Below are positions 11,815 through 25,400 of a DNA stretch of 64,000 nt, one piece after another. The notes beneath the pieces are model-generated. The model was not told where the DNA came from, ran no database searches, and saw only the letters and a program-made list of their open reading frames with translations. This stretch comes from Macrostomum lignano (lineage: Eukaryota). The position numbers and the translations under genes are program-made. Every line of letters starts with the position of its first letter. Position 1 is the first letter of the stretch. The stretch covers positions 192,249 through 256,248 of the forward strand of contig NIVC01000751.1 of assembly GCA_002269645.1 (NCBI GenBank). Reading direction: 5' to 3'.

Positions 11815-13930
11815 CTCTCTTTCATCCCACTCTCTTCCTTTGTCTCCCTCTCTCCCTTTGTCTCCCTCTCTCCCTTTGTCTCCCTCTCTCCTCTGTCCCC
11901 CTCTCTCCCTTTGTCTCCCTCTCTCCTCTGTCCCCCTCTCTGTCTCCATCTCTCCTCTGTCCCCCTCTCTGTCTCCATCTCTCCTCTGTCTCCATCTCTC
12001 CTCTGTCTCCCTCTCTCCTCTATCTCCCTCTCTCCTCTATCTCCCTCTCTCCTCTATCTCCCTCTCTCCTCTATCTCCCTCTCTCCGGTCTCCCCCTCTC
12101 TCCCTTTGTCTCCCTCTCTCCTCTGTCCCCCTCTCTGTCTCCATCTCTCCTCTGTCCCCCTCTCTGTCTCCATCTCTCCTCTGTCTCCATCTCTCCTCTG
12201 CCTCCCTCTCTCCTCTATCTCCGTCTCTCCTCTATCTCCCTCTCTCCTCTATCTCCGTCTCTCCTCTATCCCCCTCTGTCTCCATCTCTCCTCTGTCCCC
12301 CTCTCTGTCTCCATCTCTCCTCTGTCTCCCTCTCTCCTCTATCTCCCTCTCTCCGGTCTCCCCCTCTCACTCTTCATCTTCCACTCTCTCTTTCTTTATC
12401 TCACCCTTCCTCTATTTGTCTATCAAGGAATCTCTCGCTCCCTTCATCTCCCTACCCTCATCTCCCGCTCTCTCCCTTCATCTCCCTCTCCCGTCATCTC
12501 TCCATCCCTTCATCTCACTTTATCTTTCCACTTGTAACTTTTATCTTCCCTCTATCGGCTACTTGCCTTTGTTCCCTTTTTTGCCAGTCTCTCAGTCCAT
12601 CTCGCATCCTGACCGAGACCACTCCATCACTTATACTCCCCAGCCCAGCAGCTGCTATAAAAAACTTTTGTGTTGCTAATTATCAACAATTATACATACA
12701 AATCATTTTCCATCTGTTTTTTTCTATGACAGGTAAACATCAGTAATTTATGACTCGCTAAGCGTTGACCCGCGCACTTATAGACGCCACGCAAGCAGCT
12801 GCAAGTGTTAATCAAAACTGACATCGCTTGGCGAATTTCGACCGAATTAATGATAATCAATCAATTTCCTTTCAACGCAATTGTGCCTGACCTTTTTAGC
12901 TGGGACCAGTTAGACAGGCAATGCCGGCTGAGTACAATGCCGTGCAGATGTAGAGAGACGGAAGGACAGAGGAGGAAGATGGATAAAGGAGAGAGGGAGA
13001 GGGAGAGAAGTGGGAGAAAGGGAGAGAGAGAGGGTGAGAGAGGGAAAGACTGAGAGGGAGATGGTTAAAAGGGGAGATGGAGAGAGGGAGAGGGGAGAAA
13101 GGTGAGATAGGGTGAGAGGGAGAGAGGTAGAGTGTAGAAGAGAGTTAAAGAGAGAGAGAGAATGTGTAGAAGAGAGGGAGAGAGGGAAAGAGGAAGAGTG
13201 TAGAAGTGAGGTAGAGAGGGAGAGAGGGAAAGAGGGAGAGAGGGAGATGGTTAGAGGGGGAGATGGAGAGAGGGAGAGGGGAGAAAGGAGGTGAGATAGG
13301 GTGAGAGGGAGAGAGGGAGAGAGGGAGAGGGAGAGAGGGAGAGTGTAGAAGAGAGGGAGAGAGTGAGAGGGAGAGAGGGAGAGAGGGAGAGGAGAGAGGG
13401 AGAGGGAGAGAGGGAGAGAGGGAGAGGGAGAGAGGGAGAGAGGGAGATGGTTAGAGAGATGGAGAGAGGGAGAGGGGAGAAAGGAGGTGAGATAGGGTGA
13501 GAGGGAGAGAGGGAGAGAGGGAGAGGGAGAGAGGGAGAGTGTAGAAGAGAGGGAGAGAGTGAGAGGGAGAGAGGGAGAGAGGGAGAGGGAGAGAGGGAGA
13601 GGGAGAGAGGGAGAGAGGGAGAGGGAGAGAGGGAGAGGGAGAGGGAGAGAGGGAGATGGTTAGAGGGGGAGATGGAGAGAGGGAGAGGGGAGAAAGGAGG
13701 TGAGATAGGGTGAGAGGGAGAGGGAGAGAGGGAGAGAGGGAGAGGGAGAGAGGGAGAGAGGGAGATGGTTAGAGGGGGAGATAGAGAAAGGGAGAGGGGA
13801 GAAAGGAGGTGAGATAGGGTGAGAGGGAGAGGAGAGAGGTGAGAGAGGGAGAGAGGGAGAGGGAGAGAGGGAGAGAGAGAGAGAGGGAGAGTGTAGAAGA
13901 GAGGTGAGAGAGGGAGAGAGGGAGAGAGCA
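11815..13930. repeat. CT-rich (11815-12500) and GA-rich (12960-13930) low-complexity tracts; duplicated at 19208-21315
   Basis: Directly visible polypyrimidine then polypurine tracts. Confidence 0.95.
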
Positions 13931-14997
13931 GAAGAGAAGTTCCACCTTCCACATGGCCTGTGAAAGAATAAATAAGGCATCACACTGAAGCTTCAAATAT
14001 TAAAAAAACATTCATATTGTACAATCGTACAAAAAGTGCACAAAATAATACCCAAATTTGCATCCCAATCGAGGACTTAAAGGCCCTACTAAACATGTGG
14101 CCTCTGAAATAAAAACAGCGGGCGGTGGCCGCCACGCCTCTTTGCATTCGAATCCGCCTATTAAAATGTTCGAGGAAATTTCCGAGGAAATTCAAGGCAA
14201 AAATGTACACGCATTATTATACGAGTGCAAATGTAGAAATCGCTCTGTAAAGTAGATTTTCGATACATATCGGCTTTACTCTCCGGCAATTATCTTCAAG
14301 CCTTAATTAAGAGATTGAATCCCAAAAACTAAACACAAAGAAAAGACATAAACAATGAAGACTCATGTGTTAGAGTGCACCGACAGCGTACGCGCAAGAG
14401 GCTACTTTCAGTAAGCTAATTAGACAGTAGTATATATTTTTGTTGTGCAAAAAATCATATTTTAGGGAAATACGCTTAAAAAGATTTAAAATTACACTAC
14501 AGTGGACAGACACATCGACGCTGTTATTTGCCTGTTTGATAACGGTAGACACGGATTAAAGTAATTGCAGGTACCAGCCTGTGCATAGCAACGGTCTGTT
14601 TACCATAGATACCATAAAGGACACTTAAGGACGGAATCATATTATCCTCGAGTAAAACGAACAAAAGCTTGAAAAAAAATGGAATAAATTTTAAACAAAG
14701 TAAAATTTTGGTTCGGATTTTTAAATAAGCGGTAAAACAAAAAATGGCGAGTGATTATAACAAAACAAATGGACGCAATTGTTCAGTTCAAATTGTTTTT
14801 AAAAAGCAAAACAAAATATCCAAGAGTTGCAAAACCTGTGCTGAAAAAAATTCTACAATCAATTTCTGTTGAATATAATACTTTTGTTCCGTCAAAAATG
14901 ATTTATTGATTTTCAAGTCTCCCTTGCCAAGTACTCGGTGTGGACGGAAGCGATAAAATAGTACATTTGAGAATTTATTGTTGGATATTCTAAGAAA

Positions 14998-15093
14998 TCA
15001 ATTTCCGCGAAGCATGCTGCTGATCTCGTCCCAGTCGATGAAGCTGCTGTGGCTCTGGCTGTCGCTGCGGGCTGACCCAGGCTGCTGCTGAGG
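14998..15093 (-). CDS. Duplicated copy of the CPLANE1 terminal exon (PQQQPGSARSDSQSHSSFIDWDEISSMLRGN*)
   Basis: Matches 22382-22477, with intact acceptor CCCGCAG| and a downstream AATAAA. Confidence 0.8.
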   Translation of the reverse strand, partial: PQQQPGSARSDSQSHSSFIDWDEISSMLRGN

Positions 15094-15169
15094 CTGCGGG
15101 TCACGTGAGTCGATCATAAAATAGTGAGTCATGCTTCACCTTCGAACTTTTTGACTCGTTGGCTCAAAT

Positions 15170-16185
15170 CCCTGACCCATTGACCATAAAAACCTGACCC
15201 AATAGCCTGACTCACTGACGGTTAATTCACTGACCCAAGCTACGAAATCCGATGACCCACATTGCACAGTGTGACCCAAGCTACGAATTCCGTTGACCCA
15301 CATTGCTCAGTCTGACCCAAGCTACGAAATCCGTTGACTCACATTGCCTGACCTAAGCTACGAAATCCCATGACCCACATTGCCTGACCCAAGCACCGAA
15401 ATCCGTTAACCCAAATTGTCTGACCCAAGCTACGAAATCCCATGACCCACACTGTCTGACCCAAGCTACGAAATCCGATGACCCACATTGCTCAGTCTGA
15501 CCCAAGCTACGAAATCCCATGACCCACACTGTCTGACCCAAGCTACGAAATCCGATGACCCACATTGCACAGTCTGACCCAAGCTACGAAATCCCATGAC
15601 CCACACTGTCTGACCCAAGCTACGAAATCCGATGACCCACATTGCTCAGTCTGACCCAAGCTACGAAATCCGATGACCCACATTGCTCAGTCTGACCCAA
15701 GCTACGAAATCCGATGACCCACATTGCTCAGTCTGACCCAAGCTACGAAATCCCATGACCCACACTGTCCGACCCAAGCTACGAAATCCGATGACCCACA
15801 TTGCTCAGTCTGACCCAAGCTACGAAATCCGATGACCCACATTGCACAGTCTGACCCAAGCTACGAAATCCGATGACCCACATTGCACAGTCTGACCCAA
15901 GCTACGAAATCCGATGACCCACATTGCACAGCCTGACCCAAGCTACGAAATCCGATGACCCACATTGCATTGTCTGACCCAAGCTACGAAATCCGTTGAC
16001 CTACATTGCCTGACCCAAGCTACGAAATCCCATGACCCACACTGCCTGACCCAAGCTACGAAATCCGATGACCTACATTGCCTGACCCAAGCTACGAAAT
16101 CCGATGACTCACATTGCACAGTTTGACCCAAGCTACGAAATCCGATGACCCACATTGCATTGTCTGACCCAAGCTACGAAATCCG
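15170..16185. repeat. About 36-41-nt minisatellite with core CTGACCCAAGCTACGAAATCC (also 22553-23668, CPLANE1 last intron)
   Basis: About 25 units per copy. Confidence 0.95.
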
Positions 16186-17225
16186 GATATATGCGGATCT
16201 TCGGCACCAGCCCGCAGCAGCCCAAGGCTAAAGGGGCCGCACTGCAGGCGCAGCCGGGTTAAAAGAGTTATTTGGGGAAGAATTCTCCGTGTTGGTGGTG
16301 GAAACAGATCGACTTCCGCGTTGGAGTGCGCTGGCCCCCTAGCGGCTGCTGACGGCCAATCCGACTGACGGTGCTACGCGATTGCGGAATCAGTAGTAAA
16401 GCCAAAATCCTGATCTCAATCTGAAACTCGAGTCTCAGATAGTTACAAATAGTCACCTCATGCACTGATGATTAAAAAAACTACAGATAGCAAATGAAGC
16501 TGTGTGTCGCAACAGTTTTGTTGAACTTTTTGTGGGAGAGTTGCTGCTAATTGGAATGTACTTTGAATGGATAAATTATTAATTGGGACTGAAGAGGGAT
16601 GCGTTTATTCAAGGTAGTTTTACTGATAGCAGCTGTACCGTTAGATTACGTAATTCAAGCATGATCTGTGCCAACGCCAACAATAGAGAACCGATTACGA
16701 CAAACAAATAAACAAACAAACAACAACCAACCAAATACGACAATCGACAACAATCAACCAGCTAGCAGCAACAAACAAAAAACAAACAACAAACAACAAA
16801 CAAACAAACAATAAGCAACAACCTACATCAAAGAGCGGATGACAGCGGCAGAAAACAATGACGAAACTTTAAATAAATATGAAAACTGCTGTTCATGATA
16901 ATTTAATAAGAAAGAAATGCCAAAGCTCGGCAATTATAACAATTAATTTATCGATGCATTGGGAAACAATGATTGAGTTGAGAAGAAATGCTCCGGGACC
17001 AGGCACGGCTGATGACGTCAATATAGAAACCGTAAAATATAAATTAAAGTCAGAGTGCAAGCAGTAAAAATAACTCCCTCCAATCAGTTGAGGAAATTCC
17101 CTGCACCGCCGACACTCTTGGCGAATTGCATTGGCGCCGGCGAGGCGCTGAAAGTGTTCCACACGTGAAGGCGCGGGTGGTCTGAGGAGGGCCGTCCGGA
17201 GCTGCCTGCAGTGCGGATTAAGGAC

Positions 17226-17484
<259 letters not shown>

Positions 17485-17485
17485 A

Positions 17486-17600
<115 letters not shown>

Positions 17601-18568
17601 GTCTGTTTGTCTAAAGATCAATAAACATGAGCTAATTGTCCAGTTTCGAAACGGATACTGTGCAGCACAAGGCGGAACTTTAACAGCCAACGGCGCCGCT
17701 CTAAACACGAAGATGCAGTGGATAATAAAGTTCAAAGTCAATGAGGATTTATGGAAGGCCTTTGATGAAAGAATGAAAATGGCCCCAGAAACGAGTTTCC
17801 ACCGTCAGCAGAAAGCTGACGGTGTAGCGGCTGTAAAAGGCACAGCTAACCAGCTGCCTATTATTAGCCTCCTAAGAGCTGTATTGCGCAGGCACTTTCA
17901 CGGTTAACTTGGCTTTTTTTTCCAAAATGCCATTCCAACTTGAAAATGCGAATGCATCTCGATCCGTTTCGGTTGCGTGTGATGACGCGGAGTTGTTGCT
18001 GGGCTAATCGGTGGTGGTCAGTTCAGTTCAGTCTTGAAAGTTGCTTGCAATCCTTTTTTCCTTGAAGCCACTGAATGCAACTGTACTTTTCGGTTTTTCA
18101 TTGGCTTCTTTCAGTGCACAGACGGCGGAAAGCCGGACACATTTTTTTGCTTTCTTTGAATCTGCTTTGCTATGTCAGGTTTCTGTCTGTCTGTTTGTCA
18201 CTCTACTGTCTGTCACTCTACTGTCTGTCACTCTATTGTCTGTCACTCTACTGTCTGTCTGCCATTCCTCCGTCTACTGTCTATCTGTCACTATTGTCTA
18301 CTGTCTGTCACTCTTTTGTCTATGTCACTCTACGGTCTGTCATTCTATTGTCTGTCTGATACTCTTTCTAACCTTTCTCAAAACACTCTAATCTCTCTCA
18401 GAGCACTCTAATCTCTCTCAGATAACTCTAATATCTCTCAGATCACTCAAATCTCTCTCTCAGAGCACTCTAATCTCTCTCAGATCACTCCAATCTCTCT
18501 CTCAGATCACTCTAATATCTCTCAGATCACTCCTATCTCTCTCTCAGAGCACTCTAATCTCTCTCAGA

Positions 18569-19087
18569 TCACTCTAATCTCTCTTGCCGCGCCCTCTCGT
18601 CGCCAGCAAGCTCACCAGACTGCCCTCTGCCAGACTGCTTCCTCAGGTCCAGCATGAACAGGCTGCTCTTCTTTCTACAGGAGCCGCTGCCGCCCATCCT
18701 GTCGCCGCCGGAGCCGCTGGCACCGCCGAACGAGTAGTCCTCGCTGATGTCCACCGCTGCAGCCACCGAGCAGCAGGGCGAGTCCAGCACCGCTTGGCCG
18801 TAGGCGTCGCCCAGAGCCTCAGCCGGGTTCAGGCCATAGACAACGGCGCCGCCGCAGGTCATTCGCAGCTTGGCGCGGCCCCGGCGCCACAGGCGGTGCT
18901 GCTTAGCAACCGCTATTCGGCGACGCTTTCGGTGATAAGCGAAGAAGCTGACTATGAGCAGGATGAGGCAAAGGCAGATGATGAGAACATGAGCAATCCA
19001 CGGTTGCCACATACTTGTCGAATAGTTTCGGCCCTTTGCTTTGTCAATTTGTATGGGGTGTCTGTTTTTGTAAGCGCGAATTCGCTG
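18569..19087 (-). CDS. Second copy of the TM-helix exon of the unknown gene
   Basis: Same translation as 11176-11694 (+7393). Confidence 0.55.
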   Translation of the reverse strand, partial: QRIRAYKNRHPIQIDKAKGRNYSTSMWQPWIAHVLIICLCLILLIVSFFAYHRKRRRIAVAKQHRLWRRGRAKLRMTCGGAVVYGLNPAEALGDAYGQAVLDSPCCSVAAAVDISEDYSFGGASGSGGDRMGGSGSCRKKSSLFMLDLRKQSGRGQSGELAGDERARQERLE

Positions 19088-22000
19088 CTGAAGTCCAGTT
19101 GCCAAGTAGTAGTGAGTGAGTGGCCACAGTTCTGAGGGCGAATGGGAGAGATTGCCTCAGCTGCGGGGCAGCGCAAAATCCCAATCTTCCACTTAAATAT
19201 GTTTCCCCTCTCTTTCATCCCACTCTCTTCCTTTGTCTCCCTCTCTCCCTTTGTCTCCCTCTCTCCCTTTGTCTCCCTCTCTCCTCTGTCCCCCTCTCTC
19301 CCTTTGTCTCCCTCTCTCCTCTGTCCCCCTCTCTGTCTCCATCTCTCCTCTGTCCCCCTCTCTGTCTCCATCTCTCCTCTGTCTCCATCTCTCCTCTGTC
19401 TCCCTCTCTCCTCTATCTCCCTCTCTCCTCTATCTCCCTCTCTCCTCTATCTCCCTCTCTCCTCTATCTCCCTCTCTCCGGTCTCCCCCTCTCTCCCTTT
19501 GTCTCCCTCTCTCCTCTGTCCCCCTCTCTGTCTCCATCTCTCCTCTGTCCCCCTCTCTGTCTCCATCTCTCCTCTGTCTCCATCTCTCCTCTGCCTCCCT
19601 CTCTCCTCTATCTCCGTCTCTCCTCTATCTCCCTCTCTCCTCTATCTCCGTCTCTCCTCTATCCCCCTCTGTCTCCATCTCTCCTCTGTCCCCCTCTCTG
19701 TCTCCATCTCTCCTCTGTCTCCCTCTCTCCTCTATCTCCCTCTCTCCGGTCTCCCCCTCTCACTCTTCATCTTCCACTCTCTCTTTCTTTATCTCACCCT
19801 TCCTCTATTTGTCTATCAAGGAATCTCTCGCTCCCTTCATCTCCCTACCCTCATCTCCCGCTCTCTCCCTTCATCTCCCTCTCCCGTCATCTCTCCATCC
19901 CTTCATCTCACTTTATCTTTCCACTTGTAACTTTTATCTTCCCTCTATCGGCTACTTGCCTTTGTTCCCTTTTTTGCCAGTCTCTCAGTCCATCTCGCAT
20001 CCTGACCGAGACCACTCCATCACTTATACTCCCCAGCCCAGCAGCTGCTATAAAAAACTTTTGTGTTGCTAATTATCAACAATTATACATACAAATCATT
20101 TTCCATCTGTTTTTTTCTATGACAGGTAAACATCAGTAATTTATGACTCGCTAAGCGTTGACCCGCGCACTTATAGACGCCACGCAAGCAGCTGCAAGTG
20201 TTAATCAAAACTGACATCGCTTGGCGAATTTCGACCGAATTAATGATAATCAATCAATTTCCTTTCAACGCAATTGTGCCTGACCTTTTTAGCTGGGACC
20301 AGTTAGACAGGCAATGCCGGCTGAGTACAATGCCGTGCAGATGTAGAGAGACGGAAGGACAGAGGAGGAAGATGGATAAAGGAGAGAGGGAGAGGGAGAG
20401 AAGTGGGAGAAAGGGAGAGAGAGAGGGTGAGAGAGGGAAAGACTGAGAGGGAGATGGTTAAAAGGGGAGATGGAGAGAGGGAGAGGGGAGAAAGGTGAGA
20501 TAGGGTGAGAGGGAGAGAGGTAGAGTGTAGAAGAGAGTTAAAGAGAGAGAGAGAATGTGTAGAAGAGAGGGAGAGAGGGAAAGAGGAAGAGTGTAGAAGT
20601 GAGGTAGAGAGGGAGAGAGGGAAAGAGGGAGAGAGGGAGATGGTTAGAGGGGGAGATGGAGAGAGGGAGAGGGGAGAAAGGAGGTGAGATAGGGTGAGAG
20701 GGAGAGAGGGAGAGAGGGAGAGGGAGAGAGGGAGAGTGTAGAAGAGAGGGAGAGAGTGAGAGGGAGAGAGGGAGAGAGGGAGAGGGAGAGAGGGAGAGGG
20801 AGAGAGGGAGAGAGGGAGAGGGAGAGAGGGAGAGAGGTTAGAGGGGATGGAGAGAGAGAGAGAGGAGAGAGGGAGAGGGTGAGAGGGAGAGAGGGAGAGA
20901 GAGGAGAGGGAGAGAGGGAGAGTGTAGAGAGGGAGAGAGTGAGAGGGAGAGAGGGAGAGAGGGAGAGGGAGAGAGGGAGAGGGAGAGAGGGAGAGAGGGA
21001 GAGGGAGAGAGGGAGAGGGAGAGGGAGAGAGGGAGAGGAGAGAGATGGAGAGAGGGAGAGGGAGAGAGGAGGGAGAGGGAGAGAGGGAGAGGAGAGGGGG
21101 AGAGGGAGAGGGAGAGGGAGAGAGGGAGATAGGGAGAGGGAGAGAGAGGGAGAGAGGGAGAGGGAGAGAGGGAGAGAGGGAGATAGAGGGAGAGAGAGAG
21201 AGGAGAGGAGGTGAGAGGGAGAGGAGAGAGGAGAGAGAGGGAGAGAGGGAGAGGGAGAGAGAGAGAGAGGGAGAGTGTAGAAGAGAGGTGAGAGAGGGAG
21301 AGAGGGAGAGAGCAGAAGAGAAGTTCCACCTTCCACATGGCCTGTGAAAGAATAAATAAGGCATCACACTGAAGCTTCAAATATTAAAAAAACATTCATA
21401 TTGTACAATCGTACAAAAAGTGCACAAAATAATACCCAAATTTGCATCCCAATCGAGGACTTAAAGGCCCTACTAAACATGTGGCCTCTGAAATAAAAAC
21501 AGCGGGCGGTGGCCGCCACGCCTCTTTGCATTCGAATCCGCCTATTAAAATGTTCGAGGAAATTTCCGAGGAAATTCAAGGCAAAAATGTACACGCATTA
21601 TTATACGAGTGCAAATGTAGAAATCGCTCTGTAAAGTAGATTTTCGATACATATCGGCTTTACTCTCCGGCAATTATCTTCAAGCCTTAATTAAGAGATT
21701 GAATCCCAAAAACTAAACACAAAGAAAAGACATAAACAATGAAGACTCATGTGTTAGAGTGCACCGACAGCGTACGCGCAAGAGGCTACTTTCAGTAAGC
21801 TAATTAGACAGTAGTATATATTTTTGTTGTGCAAAAAATCATATTTTAGGGAAATACGCTTAAAAAGATTTAAAATTACACTACAGTGGACAGACACATC
21901 GACGCTGTTATTTGCCTGTTTGATAACGGTAGACACGGATTAAAGTAATTGCAGGTACCAGCCTGTGCATAGCAACGGTCTGTTTACCATAGATACCATA

Positions 22001-22381
22001 AAGGACACTTAAGGACGGAATCATATTATCCTCGAGTAAAACGAACAAAAGCTTGAAAAAAAATGGAATAAATTTTAAACAAAGTAAAATTTTGGTTCGG
22101 ATTTTTAAATAAGCGGTAAAACAAAAAATGGCGAGTGATTATAACAAAACAAATGGACGCAATTGTTCAGTTCAAATTGTTTTTAAAAAGCAAAACAAAA
22201 TATCCAAGAGTTGCAAAACCTGTGCTGAAAAAAATTCTACAATCAATTTCTGTTGAATATAATACTTTTGTTCCGTCAAAAATGATTTATTGATTTTCAA
22301 GTCTCCCTTGCCAAGTACTCGGTGTGGACGGAAGCGATAAAATAGTACATTTGAGAATTTATTGTTGGATATTCTAAGAAA

Positions 22382-22477
22382 TCAATTTCCGCGAAGCATG
22401 CTGCTGATCTCGTCCCAGTCGATGAAGCTGCTGTGGCTCTGGCTGTCGCTGCGGGCTGACCCAGGCTGCTGCTGAGG
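22382..22477 (-). CDS. CPLANE1: CPLANE1 exon 23 (terminal, stop TGA)
   Basis: Acceptor CCCGCAG|CCT, phase 0; AATAAA about 20 nt past the stop. Confidence 0.75.
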   Translation of the reverse strand, partial: PQQQPGSARSDSQSHSSFIDWDEISSMLRGN

Positions 22478-25400
22478 CTGCGGGTCACGTGAGTCGATCA
22501 TAAAATAGTGAGTCATGCTTCACCTTCGAACTTTTTGACTCGTTGGCTCAAATCCCTGACCATTGACCATAAAAACCTGACCCAATAGCCTGACTCACTG
22601 ACGGTTAATTCACTGACCCAAGCTACGAAATCCGATGACCCACATTGCACAGTGTGACCCAAGCTACGAATTCCGTTGACCCACATTGCTCAGTCTGACC
22701 CAAGCTACGAAATCCGTTGACTCACATTGCCTGACCTAAGCTACGAAATCCCATGACCCACATTGCCTGACCCAAGCACCGAAATCCGTTAACCCAAATT
22801 GTCTGACCCAAGCTACGAAATCCCATGACCCACACTGTCTGACCCAAGCTACGAAATCCGATGACCCACATTGCTCAGTCTGACCCAAGCTACGAAATCC
22901 CATGACCCACACTGTCTGACCCAAGCTACGAAATCCGATGACCCACATTGCACAGTCTGACCCAAGCTACGAAATCCCATGACCCACACTGTCTGACCCA
23001 AGCTACGAAATCCGATGACCCACATTGCTCAGTCTGACCCAAGCTACGAAATCCGATGACCCACATTGCTCAGTCTGACCCAAGCTACGAAATCCGATGA
23101 CCCACATTGCTCAGTCTGACCCAAGCTACGAAATCCCATGACCCACACTGTCCGACCCAAGCTACGAAATCCGATGACCCACATTGCTCAGTCTGACCCA
23201 AGCTACGAAATCCGATGACCCACATTGCACAGTCTGACCCAAGCTACGAAATCCGATGACCCACATTGCACAGTCTGACCCAAGCTACGAAATCCGATGA
23301 CCCACATTGCACAGCCTGACCCAAGCTACGAAATCCGATGACCCACATTGCATTGTCTGACCCAAGCTACGAAATCCGTTGACCTACATTGCCTGACCCA
23401 AGCTACGAAATCCCATGACCCACACTGCCTGACCCAAGCTACGAAATCCGATGACCTACATTGCCTGACCCAAGCTACGAAATCCGATGACTCACATTGC
23501 ACAGTTTGACCCAAGCTACGAAATCCGATGACCCACATTGCATTGTCTGACCCAAGCTACGAAATCCGATGACATTGCCTGACCCAAGCTACGAAATCCC
23601 ATGACCCACACTGCCTGACCCAAGCTACGAAATCCGATGACTCACATTGCATTGCCTGACCCAAGCTACAAAAACCAGTGAAGATTTGACAGCTCACCTG
23701 AGCCGGCCGACCGGCATCTCCGTAGACAATTCGAACCATATCGTCAGACAGACTCCACGTGATATCGTCCAGCGACTCAGCCTGGCTGGGACTGGCGGGT
23801 CGCCGATCGGACTCAGGCTGAGCAGCGGCTCGACCGCCTGCCGGCGCTCTGCCACCCTTGGCAGCCTGCTTCATTGACGCTTGGCGCTTCAATTCTTGGG
23901 CTGAAAAATATAGTTAAAACGCGTTTGTTTTTTTGCTTATATTTCTACTTACAGTAGAGTAGTCAGACGGTGACGCTTAATTCGGATTCAACCACAAATA
24001 CTAGAATCACTAGATGGGCTTACTCAGCACATTTGCGTGTTAAGCTACTTTCAGTTCAGTACGAGTAGTAAGCTAAACAGAAGCATTTTAATGTATTGTA
24101 TTTTTAAAGCCAAGGCACATTTATTGGCTTTAATCCGCCCAGCTTAAACTCTCAAACCGCGCCTTTCCACACTACTCCCCGCCCGCCCCAATTTTTATGG
24201 CCTTTCTCAGAATTCCAACCTAAAGCTGCCATGTACATTTCAGTGGCCAATGTACATTATTGCTGAACCAATTAGCAAGTTTTTTACGCCTGCAAGCTTG
24301 GACTTCTAAACTTATCAAAGTAATTTCAGCTGCCTTTATTTTTATAAAATAGCTTATGTATTCTTCTTTGCTACTGAGCTGAAAGTAGAAAGCTGTTTTA
24401 CTAAGAATATGTGCCTGAGTGGCCCATCTAATTATTTGGATTCAATTTGGCTTCGATTTCGCCTGTTCTGCTTAGATTTCTACTTACAGTAGAGTAATAA
24501 GAACTTTAGTAGGTAAATTTAATCATTAATTTAGCAGCGCTTGATACTGGCTCACTGACCGAGAGTGGAGCCATAATTTTGCTGATAAGAAGAAATGTCA
24601 GAGATTAGAAAGTTAAAAATAAGGGCAGGGTACAGCCAGCAGAAACGGCCTAGCACGGACTGGTATTTAAAAGATAGCGAAACAAGAGCACCTGTTCCAG
24701 CTTAAGCAAGCTTAGCGCTCTAAGCAGTTGAGAAATACTGAGTATTCCACCTTGGAAAAAATGCCGGACAATGGCTCCGATTCCAGCAGCCTGCTGGAAG
24801 CTGGAATCATGCAAACCGTGTGGGATCTGCGTGCCGGATACGAGGACACGCTTGCGTCCCCCCTGTTCCCAGTGTTCATCTCGGTGGGCTTCTACTTTGC
24901 CACCGTGTTCCCCATGACATTCTTCGACTTGTGCGCCAGCCGCTGGGCCTGGTACCGGAGCTACAAACTGCAGCCGGAGAAGGAGATCACCTGGCCAATG
25001 GTGAAGAAGTGCCTAGCCTTGGTGATGACTAATAACTTCCTGTACGTGCTCCCAGTCACGGTGGCGCAGTACATCTGGGTGCCGCCGACGCCTCTGCCAG
25101 CTAAGGCCCCGACAGCGCTGGAGTTCTTCGGCCAGCTGACGGCTCTGCTAGTGATCTTCGACTTTCAATACGGAGTCTGGCACGCGGTGCACCACAAGAA
25201 TCGTTGGCTGTACAAGAACTTCCATTCCACTCATCATCAGTACCACACCAGCTTCGCCCTGGTTGGCCAGTACCTGCACCCGTGGGAGCTGTTCACCATT
25301 GGCCTACTGACCACCGTGGATCCGTGGTTCTTCCGATGCCATCCAATGACCTGCTGGGTGTGGATGCTGATGAACGTGTGGCTGGCTGTTGAGGCGCACT

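Noticed and set aside
11727-13996. Long Leu/Ser/Pro and Glu/Arg/Gly ORFs (and copies at 19120-21380)
   Set aside because: Products of CT/GA low-complexity tracts.
15170-16185. CRISPR-like look: constant 21-nt core with variable intervening segments (also 22553-23668)
   Set aside because: The 'spacers' are variants of each other, there are no cas genes, and the context is a eukaryotic intron: a minisatellite.
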